Both the position numbers and the translations under genes were made by a program. From a phage: a stretch of 64,000 bases of DNA. The stretch lies in NCBI GenBank assembly GCA_012813795.1, contig GCA_012813795.1_4087.1; one strand, 5' to 3'. The notes beneath the pieces are model-generated. The model saw only the letters and a program-made list of their open reading frames with translations, searched no databases and was not told the DNA's origin. Below, piece by piece: positions 19,911 to 30,092 of this stretch; position 1 is the first letter of the stretch; every line of letters begins with the position of its first letter.

Positions 19911-22574
19911 TTATTGAGTCTTTTCAATACGAATCGGTACGTAAATGAAGTTGATAGACTTAGTAGGTTGGATTGCGATATCCATCCAAAGTTCGTTACG
20001 GTCAATACGCTCGGAGGTGTTGTTACTTTCATCACAAACAACTGCGAAGTTATATAGACCTTGTTGTTGAACGATTTCAGCTAGGAAGCTATTAACTACA
20101 CCACTGAATTCCTGACGAGTACTTGGAGTATTCAAACGGAATAGGAATGGTTCAGAAATAATTTCTAGTTGACGACGAATATAAACAACTAAACGTGCAA
20201 CGTTAACACGGCTTTCTGCGGAAGTTTGGTTAGGAGATAGTGTTTTATCACCATATACTAGCAAACCACGATTTGGACGCATTGCAATTGGGTTAATGTT
20301 GTTGGTGTACATTACATCACGTTGGCCTTGGTTGTAAACAACTGGTTGATATTCACCTTCATCATTGATGAAGCCTACAGAAGCAGCGTTGGTTACAACA
20401 CCACGAGTAGTACCAGCAGGTGGATACCATACATAACTTACGCTATCGCTGTAAGCATAGGTACGCATTGCAATAGTACTTCCTGGAACTGCAACTTCTT
20501 CACCATCAACGTTAGTACTTAAGCACCAGCCCATATATTGAGCAGCATAATCATATGCAGTTGTGCGACCAACATCACCATTACTTGGTGCGTTATTTGC
20601 GTTAGTTGCCCATTGTTGAACAGCATTACCGTTACCAGTTGGGTTCAAACGTGCTGGAACATCAGTTACGATGAAAGCAGTTTCTTTACGGTCGGTGTTT
20701 AGGGTCACACACTCATCTAAACATTCAACATAACCAGGAACAGAAATTAGGTTAAAGTCAATGAATTCAGAACGGATATCATCGTTTCCAACGATAACTG
20801 CATTTAGTGCTTCTACAACCAATTGGCGTTGTGCAGCACGACCAAACAGGCCATTCCCATCAAGACCAACACCACTGACAACATGCCAAAATCCATCGAT
20901 CATTTTCTTAACCACACCTTCAGTATTTCCAAGGTCGATTGCGAGCATACCGTTTTGGTATAGAGCAGCCGCTGGAACTTGTTCAGGGAAGTTAAAGTCT
21001 TTGAAGATCATACCGTTTAGTGTACTTTGATCAGTACTGTCAAGTTTAACCCACTCACCATTAACATTACGATAGAAATCGTAGCCATCAATACCTTGTG
21101 ATTTAGGAGAAACCCAGATTGTACGGTCCGCAGCAGGTTCGTCAACTTGCACATATTTGTTAGCTTCGTCAACTTCAACCCATTTGTCATTAGCAACATC
21201 AGCTAGATACATGGTAACATTTAGATTATCAGAATTACTGAAATCATACCATAGAGTACCTTCTTTAGCGATACTACGTGGAACGAAACTATTAACACGG
21301 AAATTATTAACGTTAATCAAAGCATAGTTATTACTATCAACAGTTAGTTTTACAAATTCATCTTCATCAAATAGTTCACTACCACTTTGTACAGTTTTGA
21401 AACTATAACCTTTAGAACTATTAATTACTAGGCCACCATTACTTTCTCTTTTAAATTTAAAGCCATCATTGATTAGTTCAGATGAAGCATTTAGATTGTC
21501 AAGAATAGTTTGGGTGTTGATAACACCACCTAGTGCAACTGCTAGTACTTTAACAGTTTTGGTCAAATAAGAGAAAGTCAAGTAAGAATCTTGGTCTGCT
21601 TGAACAACTACAGTTTCACCAACTGGAATCGCTGGAGCACTTAGTGCTGGTAGTTTTGCACTTTGAATATAGAAAGAGAAACTCTTACTATCCCAGTCAA
21701 AACGAGTAGCGATGAAGCTGTTATTTAGAACACCACTTTTGGATTCAATTTCTTGGAAACTGTTACCAGTGAATGCTTGTACTTGATTCCAAACTTGAGT
21801 TAGGGATGCATAACGTTTAATAACAAAACGAGTGCCGAAGTAATTAGCACCATTTTGAGTATAACCATCACGAATCCAGATATTACCTTTCTCAACAGTA
21901 TTACCAACTGGCACTTTGTTGATTGGTGAAAGGTAAGTTTCAACTTGAACTAGACCAGATGCTGCACGTTTGTACATTAGCATTTGACCATTGCTTGGCT
22001 TATAACGTAGTACTAGATCGTCAACGTTAATACCAACTAGGCTAACATCACTAACTTCTTCAGCACTAACAATAGTTACTGGTTTTAGTTGCCAGTCATA
22101 GAAACTGGTTGGTGAATCCACTTTAGAAACATATGCTTCAACTTGTGATTGAGCAACATCTAGCCACAATGTACCGTTTGGTACTGGACCAGTTGGAGCA
22201 GTAGCAGAAGGTGATAGTTGTGCTAAGTCGATATCTGCACGTACAACATAAGCACGATTAGTAATACCAAGGTAAGAATAAGCAGCATGTAGGCCGTATT
22301 CGTTTAGTTCGTCACCTTGAACAACTGAACCATTACTTGATTGAAAAATCGGTGTACCGTAAGTGTCTAGTGAACTTTTCTGAGAAGTTAGAAGTTGCAA
22401 CTTACCAGCATTTGCTTTTGTGGTTCCAGCAGCGATTGTGTTGCTACCAGGTACTAATTTATCTTCTGCGGTAGCAATGATGAATAGTGGTACTGTTCCA
22501 GGTGCGGAAGCAGTGCTCATACTTTCATCAGTAACTGAAATGGAAACGCCAGGCGATAGGAGTTCTCCTGCCAT
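19911..22574 (-). CDS. Tail sheath protein
   Basis: N-terminal LLSPGVSISVTDES and C-terminal YNFAVVCDESNNTSERIDRNELWMDIAIQPTKSINFIYV match T4 gp18 signature regions; GGAGGA ribosome-binding site. Confidence 0.9.
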   Translation of the reverse strand: MAGELLSPGVSISVTDESMSTASAPGTVPLFIIATAEDKLVPGSNTIAAGTTKANAGKLQLLTSQKSSLDTYGTPIFQSSNGSVVQGDELNEYGLHAAYSYLGITNRAYVVRADIDLAQLSPSATAPTGPVPNGTLWLDVAQSQVEAYVSKVDSPTSFYDWQLKPVTIVSAEEVSDVSLVGINVDDLVLRYKPSNGQMLMYKRAASGLVQVETYLSPINKVPVGNTVEKGNIWIRDGYTQNGANYFGTRFVIKRYASLTQVWNQVQAFTGNSFQEIESKSGVLNNSFIATRFDWDSKSFSFYIQSAKLPALSAPAIPVGETVVVQADQDSYLTFSYLTKTVKVLAVALGGVINTQTILDNLNASSELINDGFKFKRESNGGLVINSSKGYSFKTVQSGSELFDEDEFVKLTVDSNNYALINVNNFRVNSFVPRSIAKEGTLWYDFSNSDNLNVTMYLADVANDKWVEVDEANKYVQVDEPAADRTIWVSPKSQGIDGYDFYRNVNGEWVKLDSTDQSTLNGMIFKDFNFPEQVPAAALYQNGMLAIDLGNTEGVVKKMIDGFWHVVSGVGLDGNGLFGRAAQRQLVVEALNAVIVGNDDIRSEFIDFNLISVPGYVECLDECVTLNTDRKETAFIVTDVPARLNPTGNGNAVQQWATNANNAPSNGDVGRTTAYDYAAQYMGWCLSTNVDGEEVAVPGSTIAMRTYAYSDSVSYVWYPPAGTTRGVVTNAASVGFINDEGEYQPVVYNQGQRDVMYTNNINPIAMRPNRGLLVYGDKTLSPNQTSAESRVNVARLVVYIRRQLEIISEPFLFRLNTPSTRQEFSGVVNSFLAEIVQQQGLYNFAVVCDESNNTSERIDRNELWMDIAIQPTKSINFIYVPIRIEKTQ

Positions 22575-22623
22575 ATTAAATCCTCCAAAATAATTGGTTA
22601 TTCGAATATATTTCGTATAGTCT

Positions 22624-22631
22624 TATTTATT
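22624..22631 (-). promoter_or_regulatory. Late-promoter-like motif AATAAATA upstream of the sheath gene
   Basis: Minus strand reads AATAAATA about 50 nt upstream of the sheath ATG. Confidence 0.2.
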
Positions 22632-22667
22632 GGTGGATTTAATTGACTTGAGCTAATTGATTTTTTA

Positions 22668-23294
22668 TCAGTTTTTCGTATAAATAATATCCAGTGCTTT
22701 GTTTTCTAGGTCTTTTATAGTTCCATTATTCTTGATAATATAATGTGGGTTGTTAATACCAATCCATGCCCATTCAGATTCATGTACTGATTCCAGTTCA
22801 ACTGGTTTCATTTGGATATCACCTTTATTGTATGATGCTGCTAGACCATACCAGAATGGTAAATTGCGTTGAACTTCAATGATGATACCGTTATTTTCAC
22901 GAATCATTTTCAATTCATTTGGAAAACGACAATCAGTAATGATAATGTTACCTTCTATATCCATCATAGAACGTTCTAAACTGAATACCCAAATGTCATT
23001 ATGCAAATAACGACGAACTACATTAGTACCGTAATTTTGCAGTACCCAACGTGGTGAAACATCATCACGTCCTAATTTATTACACCAGTACTGATCCGGT
23101 TGTTCACGAATAGCACGACCTTCTTTAGTAGTTCCTTCAAGCATTTCTCTGTCCCAGCCAAAAATAGCTGCAACTGAATCTTTCAGGTTCTTTGCAAACG
23201 ACATACGGGTATATCCATTATCGATGAATGTTTTAGCGTATGTATCTTTACCACTTCCTATTGAGCCATTGATGGCTACGATTTTTCTTTCCAT
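22668..23294 (-). CDS. Deoxynucleoside monophosphate kinase (T4 gene 1-like)
   Basis: P-loop GSIGSGKDT and blocks that align with T4 gp1 (AKNLKDSVAAIFGW, SPRWVLQNYGTNVV, IIITDCRF). Confidence 0.85.
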   Translation of the reverse strand: MERKIVAINGSIGSGKDTYAKTFIDNGYTRMSFAKNLKDSVAAIFGWDREMLEGTTKEGRAIREQPDQYWCNKLGRDDVSPRWVLQNYGTNVVRRYLHNDIWVFSLERSMMDIEGNIIITDCRFPNELKMIRENNGIIIEVQRNLPFWYGLAASYNKGDIQMKPVELESVHESEWAWIGINNPHYIIKNNGTIKDLENKALDIIYTKN

Positions 23295-23296
23295 AA

Positions 23297-23587
23297 TTAC
23301 ACTTCCTTCATATATTCATCACCAACTAAGCTTCTAACTATATCAATAATAGTTTCATTACCGTTGTATACTGACACATATACAACATAAAATGTGTTGC
23401 CATTATCATCCCTGCATATACTTGCCCATGCGTTAATTACATCCCTGGTGAATACATCTACTAATGCATTTTTGATAAATCGCCAGTACTGTTCTGATTC
23501 GAAATAATTGTCGCTTAATTTTCCACATCTGAATTTTGCATATTCAATTGTCATTATATCACCGTATATGAAAAAAGACCCCAACAT
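23297..23587 (-). CDS. Hypothetical protein
   Basis: 96-aa ORF. Confidence 0.55.
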   Translation of the reverse strand: MLGSFFIYGDIMTIEYAKFRCGKLSDNYFESEQYWRFIKNALVDVFTRDVINAWASICRDDNGNTFYVVYVSVYNGNETIIDIVRSLVGDEYMKEV

Positions 23588-23604
23588 GGAGTCTTTTTTT
23601 TATT

Positions 23605-24396
23605 TTAACCAATAATCATACCAAGTGGTTCACCACCATCTTTGTATCTCTTCAACTGTTCTTTAAGTTGTTCCTGGAGTTGCATACCTTCATTACGAAG
23701 TGTATCACCATCCATTGAAAATGTTCCTTGTGGTCCAGGCAAAGAAGCAAACTTAGCACGGTTGCGACCTAACATAATCATCGCTTCAGATAAAGCCCAA
23801 TCACGAAGCCACGGATAACTCATTTGACGTTGGAATAGTAGTGGTTCTGGGATGTTATGATACACATGAACCAGTACTTCTTCTGTGCCGCGAATATCAC
23901 GGTCAATAACCAGTTTCTTAGTCATGGGGTTAAACTGGAAAATAATCTCACGTCCAAACATACGACCTACTAATTCCTGAAACTGGAAACTGAAGTCATA
24001 GGTTGTTAAATCATAACCACCAGCGTTGCGAGCAGACGTTAGTAGATATGTGTTTGTAAATGCAATTGAAAATGGATCAACCGAGTTACCACTACCAGAA
24101 CTCAAATAACCATTACCATAACGATAAATTTTCTTAACAATTTCTACTTCAGTTGGTAGCATGTAAACTGATTGAGAATCATAGAATTTCATGCTTAAAA
24201 AAGCTTCTTCTTTTGATGCAGAACTCCATGCTCTGTAGTTTGATACCGCATTATCGATTGCGATTTCTAATTGTCCATCAGTAATTTCAACTTCAACAGC
24301 ACCAGCACCCAACATTTGTGTAATCACATCTTTTAATTTTTCACGGTGATCGTAATTTGGGGCATCTGGATTTCCACCCATATAGTCATATGACAT
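23605..24396 (-). CDS. Hypothetical protein (possibly structural)
   Basis: 263-aa ORF; GAGGTG ribosome-binding site lies inside the upstream hairpin. Confidence 0.6.
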   Translation of the reverse strand: MSYDYMGGNPDAPNYDHREKLKDVITQMLGAGAVEVEITDGQLEIAIDNAVSNYRAWSSASKEEAFLSMKFYDSQSVYMLPTEVEIVKKIYRYGNGYLSSGSGNSVDPFSIAFTNTYLLTSARNAGGYDLTTYDFSFQFQELVGRMFGREIIFQFNPMTKKLVIDRDIRGTEEVLVHVYHNIPEPLLFQRQMSYPWLRDWALSEAMIMLGRNRAKFASLPGPQGTFSMDGDTLRNEGMQLQEQLKEQLKRYKDGGEPLGMIIG

Positions 24397-24401
24397 AAAA
24401 A

Positions 24402-24441
24402 AGCACCTCTTTAATGTTTATATACATTATTTAGAGGTGCT
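24402..24441 (-). promoter_or_regulatory. Stem-loop covering the ribosome-binding site of the 23605..24396 gene
   Basis: AGCACCTCT ... AGAGGTGCT 9-bp inverted repeat with about 22-nt loop; one arm contains the GAGGTG ribosome-binding site. Confidence 0.35.
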
Positions 24442-24447
24442 ATTGAT

Positions 24448-24660
24448 TTAGCTTAGTCTATCGTACCAACAACGCAAATAAACTAAGTTAACAAAGTGTT
24501 CAGTATCTATCATATCAAGGAAACCAAATATACTAACTGAATATATATGTTTCCCATCATGATAGTATATTATATAGTCTTGATTTGGCTCAATCCAGTA
24601 ATGAGTATTCCCGACTATTAATTTATGATTATAAACACCTGTTAAAAGATGATCGCTCAT
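24448..24660 (-). CDS. Hypothetical protein
   Basis: 70-aa ORF. Confidence 0.5.
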   Translation of the reverse strand: MSDHLLTGVYNHKLIVGNTHYWIEPNQDYIIYYHDGKHIYSVSIFGFLDMIDTEHFVNLVYLRCWYDRLS

Positions 24661-25037
24661 TAACTTATCTTTGTACAGTTAGTGACAATGTGTTCAATAT
24701 CTTTTTTAGTGAATGGGCCGAGTACTAGAACCTCTTCCCCATTACCAAACATACTTAGTGGTACTGACTGCTGATTCGCAAGATATTCAATCTGCATCAT
24801 TTCATCCATGTCATCTGCTTCATAGACAACTTGTTCCAGTTCATTGTCTTTAATCCATGAATCCCAATGAGCTTTAAACTGTTTGGCTTCATATTCTTGA
24901 ACATAGTTAGGGGATGCTGGGTTGTACTGATGTAGCATAGTCATGCCAGCCATAACCAATTCTTTTGGTGATGGGGTTTTACCTTTCAGTACTACGATAG
25001 CTTGAATAGTTTTTGCTTTCACTTCATTAGCAGCCAT
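24660..25037 (-). CDS. Hypothetical protein
   Basis: 125-aa ORF. Confidence 0.6.
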   Translation of the reverse strand: MAANEVKAKTIQAIVVLKGKTPSPKELVMAGMTMLHQYNPASPNYVQEYEAKQFKAHWDSWIKDNELEQVVYEADDMDEMMQIEYLANQQSVPLSMFGNGEEVLVLGPFTKKDIEHIVTNCTKIS

Positions 25038-25049
25038 TTTATACCTCTA

Positions 25050-25358
25050 TTATAGGATGATTTTGTTGTCAGGGACAATCAACGCTGGCTTATCTTCTAG
25101 AGTCTTAATTGCTTCAACATAAGCATCAACCAGTGCAGGGTTTGCATCACTGATACTGATGATGTTAGATTTGAAGAAAATAACACCTTTTTCTGAACTA
25201 ATAAATTCTAGATAATCACGTAGAATGATTTCACCTTTTTCGTCAGTACCTAGCTGTGCTGGGTAGTTAACTACTACTGCTTCTGGAGCATCGGTTTGTA
25301 GAACTGCTAGTACTGGGCCAACGTTGTTGATGTTTAGTAGTTTAACGGTAATAGTCAT
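25050..25358 (-). CDS. Hypothetical protein (start moved to internal ATG)
   Basis: Track ORF 25050..25508 overlaps the upstream gene by 131 nt; ATG at 25358 has an AGGA ribosome-binding site and removes the overlap. Confidence 0.5.
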   Translation of the reverse strand: MTITVKLLNINNVGPVLAVLQTDAPEAVVVNYPAQLGTDEKGEIILRDYLEFISSEKGVIFFKSNIISISDANPALVDAYVEAIKTLEDKPALIVPDNKIIL

Positions 25359-25377
25359 TTTTGTCAAGTCCTTTTGT

Positions 25378-25854
25378 TTATTTGAGAATATATAAATGTT
25401 TTTCAGCATTAACCAGCCTGTGGTCAATGATTTCTTTGATAACGTTCCAGTTACCACCGCCCAAATCGGCTCCAATTTTCGGAAAGTGTACATGAACATT
25501 TCGTTCAATTTTACAGAAAAAATTCAAATGCATGAAAACGTCATCAATGGCATCATAGCTTACGTATTTTGCACCATCAGTTCCGTACCATTTTTGAGTA
25601 ATGCAGTTTGCGATAATCAAATCATCATTAATTGCTGAATATGCAATTTGTCCGGTTCTTAGAAAACCCATTCTCTTTTCATATTCTTTATAATCATCAT
25701 ATGCCTTTGGGTACTGCATTCTGAGTTCTTTTGCAAAACCAGAACCCATTTTACCTTGAGCATTACAACCATGAGCTATAATATGTAATGCAGTATGATC
25801 ATCAGTTACAGTACTGAATAATTCAAACAGATTTCCGTGATGTTCATGTATCAT
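25378..25854 (-). CDS. Macro-domain (ADP-ribose binding/processing) protein, putative
   Basis: HIIAHGCNAQGKMGSGFAKEL and HFPKIGADLGGGNW resemble macro-domain glycine-rich motifs; start set at ATG 25854 with GGAG ribosome-binding site (track begins at TTG 25890). Confidence 0.55.
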   Translation of the reverse strand: MIHEHHGNLFELFSTVTDDHTALHIIAHGCNAQGKMGSGFAKELRMQYPKAYDDYKEYEKRMGFLRTGQIAYSAINDDLIIANCITQKWYGTDGAKYVSYDAIDDVFMHLNFFCKIERNVHVHFPKIGADLGGGNWNVIKEIIDHRLVNAEKHLYILK

Positions 25855-25863
25855 GTGTTCTCC

Positions 25864-25896
25864 GAAAAGAAAAGGACTCGATAATCTCAAGTCCTT
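25864..25896 (-). terminator. Stem-loop upstream of macro gene (terminator or leader structure)
   Basis: AAGGACT ... AGTCCTT 7-bp stem followed on minus strand by TTTTC. Confidence 0.35.
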
Positions 25897-25908
25897 TATA
25901 TTATTAGG

Positions 25909-26166
25909 TTATTCTTCTTCACCGAAACGAATTTTCTTCAATTCTTTTCGATGCTTTCTTGCTATTGTACTTTTGTGAAGTCTATTACTACGTTTTGTGT
26001 CTTTTTCAATATACCAGCTATCTTCTGGTGGATTGAAGTCACAATAACCATCTTCCGTAATTGTTCCTAAGAATGCAGATTTTTTAGGAATATTTGTTTG
26101 AGCTTTAGTCTGAAATTGACCTTTTGCTAATTGTTCACGAAAACTGAGCATAATAGTATCTCCCAA
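25909..26166 (-). CDS. Hypothetical basic protein
   Basis: 85-aa ORF. Confidence 0.5.
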   Translation of the reverse strand: MGDTIMLSFREQLAKGQFQTKAQTNIPKKSAFLGTITEDGYCDFNPPEDSWYIEKDTKRSNRLHKSTIARKHRKELKKIRFGEEE

Positions 26167-26201
26167 ATTGTTAAGAAGAACTTGTTGTTCTTCAATATTA
26201 T

Positions 26202-26441
26202 TTAGGGGTTTTTTACAACCTCATGTGAAGCAATAAATGCTAAAATATCATCTTTACTAAACACTTCAATAATGTGAGAAATAGCAGCATCGTATTCTTC
26301 ACGTCTTGATGTGTATTCTTTCATTTCATGAATTTTCTTTTGAGCTTTTTGTTTTGATTGGTTGATATCTGGAGTTTCAAATTTAACTCCCAAACTGTCA
26401 GCCAATGCACGTGCTCGTGATGATACCTTATCGATATTCAT
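26202..26441 (-). CDS. Hypothetical protein
   Basis: 79-aa ORF. Confidence 0.5.
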   Translation of the reverse strand: MNIDKVSSRARALADSLGVKFETPDINQSKQKAQKKIHEMKEYTSRREEYDAAISHIIEVFSKDDILAFIASHEVVKNP

Positions 26442-26689
26442 TAGTTCCAGCGACCTTCTTTTAGCCCGTTATAAAAACCAGTATATCCACCAGGAACATA
26501 CTCATCATTTACGAAAATTTGTGGAACTTGACGAACTGGCTCACCGCAAATTTCTGATAGTTTAGCACCATCAATACCTTCAGAAACCACATCGATAAAA
26601 TCCATTTCAAATGAATAGTTCTCACAAATTGCTTTTGCTCTATCACAGAAATTACAACCAGTCGTGCGACCATAAATTTTCACTTTCAT
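26441..26689 (-). CDS. Glutaredoxin-like protein (T4 NrdC-like)
   Basis: GCNFC active-site motif near N-terminus, PQIFV and GGY downstream; 82 aa. Confidence 0.75.
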   Translation of the reverse strand: MKVKIYGRTTGCNFCDRAKAICENYSFEMDFIDVVSEGIDGAKLSEICGEPVRQVPQIFVNDEYVPGGYTGFYNGLKEGRWN

Positions 26690-26693
26690 ATAA

Positions 26694-27110
26694 CTATCCT
26701 TTATTTTTTTGAAACAATTTAACAGCTTTAATTATACTGTTACACATTCGTTCGGTCAAATACTTTTGACAATCTTGAACATCAATGTACATGAATTTAT
26801 CCAATTCTGGATGGCTTTTACCATATCGATTGGTATAAGTACTGTTACACTTCAGTTCATCCGGTTCGGGTTTGTATTTAGCTGTATAGAAAAATAAAAC
26901 TAATCTTTTCCCTTTCCTGTATGATACATCACCTAATAAGAGAAGATCCTTTTCATCAATCTCAAATCCTGTTTCTTCATAGCACTCACGAACAGCAGCT
27001 TCAGCAAATGTTTCATTGCCCTCGGTTTTACCTTTTGGTAAATCCCAATGCTTCTGTCCGTGTTGTGTGTCCAACAAGTATCTGACCATCACGATAAAAT
27101 ATAATGCCAC
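26694..27110 (-). CDS. Nudix hydrolase
   Basis: Canonical Nudix box GKTEGNETFAEAAVRECYEETGF; track start is GTG, an in-frame ATG lies at 27089. Confidence 0.85.
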   Translation of the reverse strand: MALYFIVMVRYLLDTQHGQKHWDLPKGKTEGNETFAEAAVRECYEETGFEIDEKDLLLLGDVSYRKGKRLVLFFYTAKYKPEPDELKCNSTYTNRYGKSHPELDKFMYIDVQDCQKYLTERMCNSIIKAVKLFQKNKG

Positions 27111-27196
27111 AACTATAACGCATAATCTTATCTCTTAATAGCAATGATGCCCAGATACAATTATTATATCAGAAGTCGTTCTCTTGTCCCAGAGTT

Positions 27197-28309
27197 TTAA
27201 AACATTTGTTGAATTGCTTCACAACGTAAATCTGAAACAAAATCACGGATTTCAGATGCTTCTAACTCACCGTCTTTTACCAGTTGTTGAATATCTGGAA
27301 GTACTACATCAGTGTAACGATCATATACCTTAATGATTAAATCTTCAAGGTCTAAATCAATCTCTTTACGTAGAATAAAATATTCCAGTACTTTGTAAAG
27401 GAATTCTTCACCGCCGTTATTCTTGATATTCATATCCAGTAATAATTGTCCCATTTCATTTGGGGTCTTTTTACGGAATGCCTTGATATCATCACGGAAA
27501 CGTTTGATGTAATTACTGAATTTAACGTACTTAACGGGCATTTTAATAGCACCATTCAGTACTGAATCCTCGCCAACTTCTTCTTTCTCAAGAAGCACAG
27601 ACCATAAGAAATATGGCTTATATGCTTCAGTACAATTATCAGAGATATGATCAATGAGTTCCAATGACTTTTTGGTTAATGTAGCATTAAATGCTTTTTC
27701 ATAGTAACCCAACTTACTTAGTGTTTTAAGGAACTTAGCTGGCTTTTCTTCTGACAGTGCTTTTTCAAATTCAACATAAACACGGTCTGGAACAAGGTGA
27801 TTTAGCTCACCAGACGCTACCATATCGATTGCAAGTGCTTCAGTAGTCTCGTGTATAGAGAAATCAGAATAACGCGTAGCAAAGCGAGCTAGACGTAATA
27901 CACGCAATGGATCTTCTTTGAAGTGCTCGGATACATGGCGTAGTACTTTATTCTTGATATCAGCTTTACCACCGTATGGGTCGATGTGAATTTGCAGTAC
28001 TGGATCATACGCTATTGCATTAATTGTAAGATCACGACGAAACAAATCTTGTTCCAGTGTTACACCTTTTGTATCCACTTCGAAGCCACCGTATCCAGTA
28101 CCAGTTTTTCGTTCAGTACGGGCTAATGCGTGTTCGTTACCTTCTGGGCTTAGATAAACTGGAAAATCTTTTCCAACCTGTTTATATCCAATACTTTCTA
28201 AGTATTTGATATCAGATTCAGTTGCACCAACAATGACATAATCTTTGTCCTTTGCTCTCTCACCGATTAATCGTGCCCTTACATATCCACCCACTAGATA
28301 TTTTTTCAT
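27197..28309 (-). CDS. tRNA nucleotidyltransferase (CCA-adding enzyme)
   Basis: N-terminus YLVGGYVRARLIG, DKDYVIVG, DFPVYLSP, ALARTERKTG, RRDLTINAIAYD matches the CCA-adding enzyme head domain. Confidence 0.9.
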   Translation of the reverse strand: MKKYLVGGYVRARLIGERAKDKDYVIVGATESDIKYLESIGYKQVGKDFPVYLSPEGNEHALARTERKTGTGYGGFEVDTKGVTLEQDLFRRDLTINAIAYDPVLQIHIDPYGGKADIKNKVLRHVSEHFKEDPLRVLRLARFATRYSDFSIHETTEALAIDMVASGELNHLVPDRVYVEFEKALSEEKPAKFLKTLSKLGYYEKAFNATLTKKSLELIDHISDNCTEAYKPYFLWSVLLEKEEVGEDSVLNGAIKMPVKYVKFSNYIKRFRDDIKAFRKKTPNEMGQLLLDMNIKNNGGEEFLYKVLEYFILRKEIDLDLEDLIIKVYDRYTDVVLPDIQQLVKDGELEASEIRDFVSDLRCEAIQQMF

Positions 28310-28312
28310 GTA

Positions 28313-28939
28313 TTACACCTTATTAATAGATTTAGTAATTCTACCATTGTTAATATCATCTTGTAAAATATCAATGCGTCTTTTTAAACCATTGATCACT
28401 TTATCACTAACAATATTTTTATATTCATCAATAATTTCATTCAAATAAATTATTTTTTCTCTCTGCCACGCCGCATGTGCTTCCTCTGGTGTATAAAAAT
28501 GACCCAATTTATAAGATTTTTTATTTTTCACTATTTCAGCACAATATGGTTTTGTACGTTCATTTAACATACCTTTTGATGGTTGTTTATACCAAACACC
28601 GACTGGATATTGTGTATTTGAACGCCTATCAATAATACAACTGTTTACTTTATGAGGAACAAATGAGCATGTTTCAGGTGAATAAATTTTTGATTTACCA
28701 TCGATAATATCTTTATCTAAAAAGAAATCATCTTGAATAAAATTTTCAATAGCCCAATTATGAAAATTTTCATAATTACGCCATTCTTCACATACAGATG
28801 TACCAGCATAAGATGTATGTCGCTTTAATGATTTTTCAGAATAACATCGTTCAATCATTCTTGCCCAGTATCCGTAAAACTTATTTTTTCTAGCTTTACC
28901 ATATTTTTTGGAATCATAAATTCCAAATCCATATACCAT
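28313..28939 (-). CDS. Hypothetical protein with YxxWxxMxxRC motif
   Basis: 208-aa ORF; motif recalls phage DNA-binding or homing-endonuclease-associated families but is not assignable. Confidence 0.6.
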   Translation of the reverse strand: MVYGFGIYDSKKYGKARKNKFYGYWARMIERCYSEKSLKRHTSYAGTSVCEEWRNYENFHNWAIENFIQDDFFLDKDIIDGKSKIYSPETCSFVPHKVNSCIIDRRSNTQYPVGVWYKQPSKGMLNERTKPYCAEIVKNKKSYKLGHFYTPEEAHAAWQREKIIYLNEIIDEYKNIVSDKVINGLKRRIDILQDDINNGRITKSINKV

Positions 28940-28940
28940 A

Positions 28941-29063
28941 TTATTCTCCCATCAACCAATCACGCAGACTTTCCCAGAAGCCTTTTGGCTTGTATTCTGG
29001 AACTTGATATTCGTCGGTTCCTTGTTCAGAAACACCCCAATCTTCTTCTAACATTGCAATCAT
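28941..29063 (-). CDS. Small hypothetical protein (40 aa), not in ORF track
   Basis: ATG with strong GGAGG ribosome-binding site; stop abuts next start. Confidence 0.4.
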   Translation of the reverse strand: MIAMLEEDWGVSEQGTDEYQVPEYKPKGFWESLRDWLMGE

Positions 29064-29074
29064 AAAGCCTCCAA

Positions 29075-29497
29075 TTAAATTAATCTGTCACGCAAGCGGG
29101 ATTCATATTGTTTATGTATAGATAGTATATACTGAAATGAAGAATAGTCAATACTAAATGTATCATCAATGAACATGTACTGATCAAGTGTTTCAGGTCC
29201 ATCATCAACTACAGGCAATGAACCTACTTTCTTTTCTAACACATTCCATGCAAACTCATCGGAAGTATCAAATCTATGGTATTGTAGTTCTATCTTACTT
29301 TTTCTTAGTATAATTAATAATTCATCACCATCATCATATGCATTACGGATTTTAATACGTACTGTTCCTTGTAACTGGTTAGTATACATTACGCGATATT
29401 GGTTGTATGTGACTAAACCACGTCTTTCAGTACTGAACTCTTGTTCAGAAAAGTACTTTAACGTTTCGTTGAATTTGGGTATTTTAGTAACGTCCAA
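29075..29497 (-). CDS. Hypothetical protein, tandem paralog 1
   Basis: C-terminal YMFIDDTFSIDYSSFQYILSIHKQYE is paralogous to the next gene. Confidence 0.6.
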   Translation of the reverse strand: MDVTKIPKFNETLKYFSEQEFSTERRGLVTYNQYRVMYTNQLQGTVRIKIRNAYDDGDELLIILRKSKIELQYHRFDTSDEFAWNVLEKKVGSLPVVDDGPETLDQYMFIDDTFSIDYSSFQYILSIHKQYESRLRDRLI

Positions 29498-29900
29498 TTA
29501 CGTAATCCTCATACTGTTCGTATACACGCATTATACTCTGATATGTCACAAAGTCAATACCAAAGGTATCATCAATGAACTGATATTGCATAAACTCTTC
29601 CTCGGTAGCACCAATAGGAAGTGTGCCGTTTCGTTGATCGTTTGATTGAACATCTTCAATGTACATCAAACCTATACTTTCATCTAAAGTGATATCTATC
29701 ATAAAAACATCTTCACTATAAAACATGTTATATGAACGGATGAAAAGATTACCAGTTCTATCAAAACTTGATACATGTGTTTCAACGTAGGTTCTATCTA
29801 AACTAAAGAATAAACCAGTACCATCGGGTTTTCGTTGGTCTTTCAATTTAATTTCGATAGCATCAAATATCGGTTTAATATTAAACTTTTTCATAAGCAA
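29484..29900 (-). CDS. Hypothetical protein, tandem paralog 2
   Basis: C-terminal YQFIDDTFGIDFVTYQSIMRVYEQYE. Confidence 0.6.
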   Translation of the reverse strand: MLMKKFNIKPIFDAIEIKLKDQRKPDGTGLFFSLDRTYVETHVSSFDRTGNLFIRSYNMFYSEDVFMIDITLDESIGLMYIEDVQSNDQRNGTLPIGATEEEFMQYQFIDDTFGIDFVTYQSIMRVYEQYEDYVIGRY

Positions 29901-30079
29901 ATCACATACTTATTACTATGTGGATCGTAACAGTAAGAGTCGTTCACCTTAATGCCAGGTTTGAGTTCCAGGGTTGTACCCATTTCAGTACTGGGTTCTG
30001 CATCACAATAAATCATCACACCAATGCCACCGAGTAAGGCTATGATACATATAACTGCACCTATTGTATATTCCATCAC
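29891..30079 (-). CDS. Small membrane protein
   Basis: 62-aa ORF with one hydrophobic helix AVICIIALLGGIGVMIY. Confidence 0.5.
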   Translation of the reverse strand: MMEYTIGAVICIIALLGGIGVMIYCDAEPSTEMGTTLELKPGIKVNDSYCYDPHSNKYVICL

Positions 30080-30092
30080 TATACCTCTGTTA

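Noticed and set aside
27089-27123. Out-of-frame ATG at 27123 (MRYSCGII...) upstream of the Nudix gene
   Set aside because: Overlaps the Nudix N-terminus in another frame and terminates after 31 codons; the shared 14-mer is better explained as a regulatory motif.
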